A stretch of 64,000 bases of DNA from positions 97,092,001-97,156,000 of the forward strand of contig NC_042998.1 of assembly GCF_006345805.1 (NCBI RefSeq), in the 5' to 3' direction. The translations under genes and the position numbers were made by a program. The stretch is from Octopus sinensis. Its lineage: Eukaryota. The notes below the pieces were generated by a model. That model was not told the origin of the DNA and made no database searches. It saw only the letters and a list, made by a program, of their open reading frames with translations. How positions within the stretch are numbered: position 1 is the first letter of the stretch; each line of letters opens with the position of its first letter. Shown piece by piece: positions 62,996 through 64,000 of this stretch.

Positions 62996-63215
62996 CCCTT
63001 TAGCATTCAGATTACTTTGTCAAATATAATACTTATATATTCACATTTTATAGAATTAATCCTGTATTATCTTATAGCTCTGAGATTTCAAAGATGTGAT
63101 TGTTTATTTTTAGAATGACATTGTAGGGTAGGTGTAAGTGGCTGGATCTGGCCAGTTTGAACATAAAATAGGCAGAATACTTTGGCTGGATATGAATGGT
63201 TTAAATGCTAAAGGG
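62996..63215. mobile_element. TTAA MITE family 2 (piggyBac-like, 220 bp)
   Basis: TTAA|CCCTTTAGCATT ... AATGCTAAAGGG|TTAA: 12-bp perfect TIR, CCC terminus, TTAA duplication. Confidence 0.9.
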
Positions 63216-63496
63216 TTAATGCTATACTATATTCATAATTGGTAATATGAAGTCCTGTCAAAGAAAACATTTGTACGCTTGTGCTAAAACAGTTTTGGGC
63301 TACAACTCTGAGAAGTCATGATTTTTTCCTAATTGTCTCTTATCAGAAATCCTTTTAGGATGAGCATACAGATGCTTTATTAAACAGAATAGATTAATTT
63401 ATATATATATATATATATATATATACTCAATGTGCTATGTAATATGATAATTTGCTGACACATACTTATACATGTTTCCTTTCCTTTTTATTTCAG

Positions 63497-63645
63497 GCTT
63501 TACAGTATTTGCGAAAAGTATGCAACCATCCAGCATTAGTTTTATCTTCACAGCATCCCAAATATAATGAGATTATAGAACAGCTTTCAGCACAACAATC
63601 ATCTTTACAGGATATTCAACATGCACCAAAATTGACAGCTTTGAA
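63497..63645 (+). CDS. BTAF1: BTAF1 visible exon 33 (gene continues beyond window)
   Basis: ttcag|GCT..AA|gtatgt; ALQYLRKVCNHPALVL..DIQHAPKLTAL. The C-terminal helicase domain is not yet reached. Confidence 0.96.
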
Positions 63646-63705
63646 GTATGTCATCACAATTTTTCTTTCAGTGTTTTACTTTCAACAGTTATCAGTTTTA
63701 AAAGA

Positions 63706-63960
63706 ATAAATTTTGGTGCAAAGGCAGCAATTTTGAAGGAGAGTATGGTGAATGTGGCAGCACTTCCCAGCCATGTGTTTGAATGACTTCCTTGGTTGAT
63801 TACATTGACCCCAGTGTTCAACTGGTACTTATTTTATCAAACCTGGAAAGACGAAAGGTTACATCAACCTTGTTGGAATTTGAACTCAGAATGTGCAGAC
63901 GGACGAAATGCCACTAAGCATTTTACCCAGCATGCTAACAATACTGCTATTTGGCTGCCT
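63706..63960 (-). mobile_element. Nin-like SINE with a 58-nt mariner-derived insert
   Basis: CTGGTACTTATTTTATC..GGAATTTGAACTCAGAATGT..CACTAAGCATTTT; insert at 63738-63796. Confidence 0.8.
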
Positions 63961-64000
63961 TATAAAACTGGCAGAATTGTTAGCATATCAGAAAAAATGC

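Overview
AT-rich animal genomic DNA. The SINE/LINE families point to an octopus (coleoid cephalopod); this is an inference. Almost the whole window is one + strand, multi-exon gene, BTAF1/Mot1 (TBP-associated SNF2 ATPase with N-terminal HEAT repeats). I traced 33 coding exons by hand from ATG at 792 to 63645, and the gene continues past the window end. All junctions are phase-consistent except one: about 130 conserved residues are missing between exons 6 and 7, where a 100-N gap sits beside CR1-like LINE pieces and 3.7 kb of (TA)n/(TATG)n arrays. Intron 47120-50074 has U12 (minor spliceosome) signals. The introns are full of mobile DNA: a Tc1 element with TIRs and TA duplication, a mariner remnant, RTE, CR1-like and Tx1/L1-like LINE fragments, tRNA-derived and Nin-like SINEs, and TTAA MITEs. 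The most unusual structures are a 2.16-kb foldback element with an 8-bp target duplication, a near-perfect 71-bp-arm hairpin, and inverted retroposon tails flanking an in-frame three-exon block. I found no CRISPR, rRNA or true tRNA gene, and nothing that establishes a wholly new biological system. Repeat boundaries are approximate unless a TSD or TIR is quoted.
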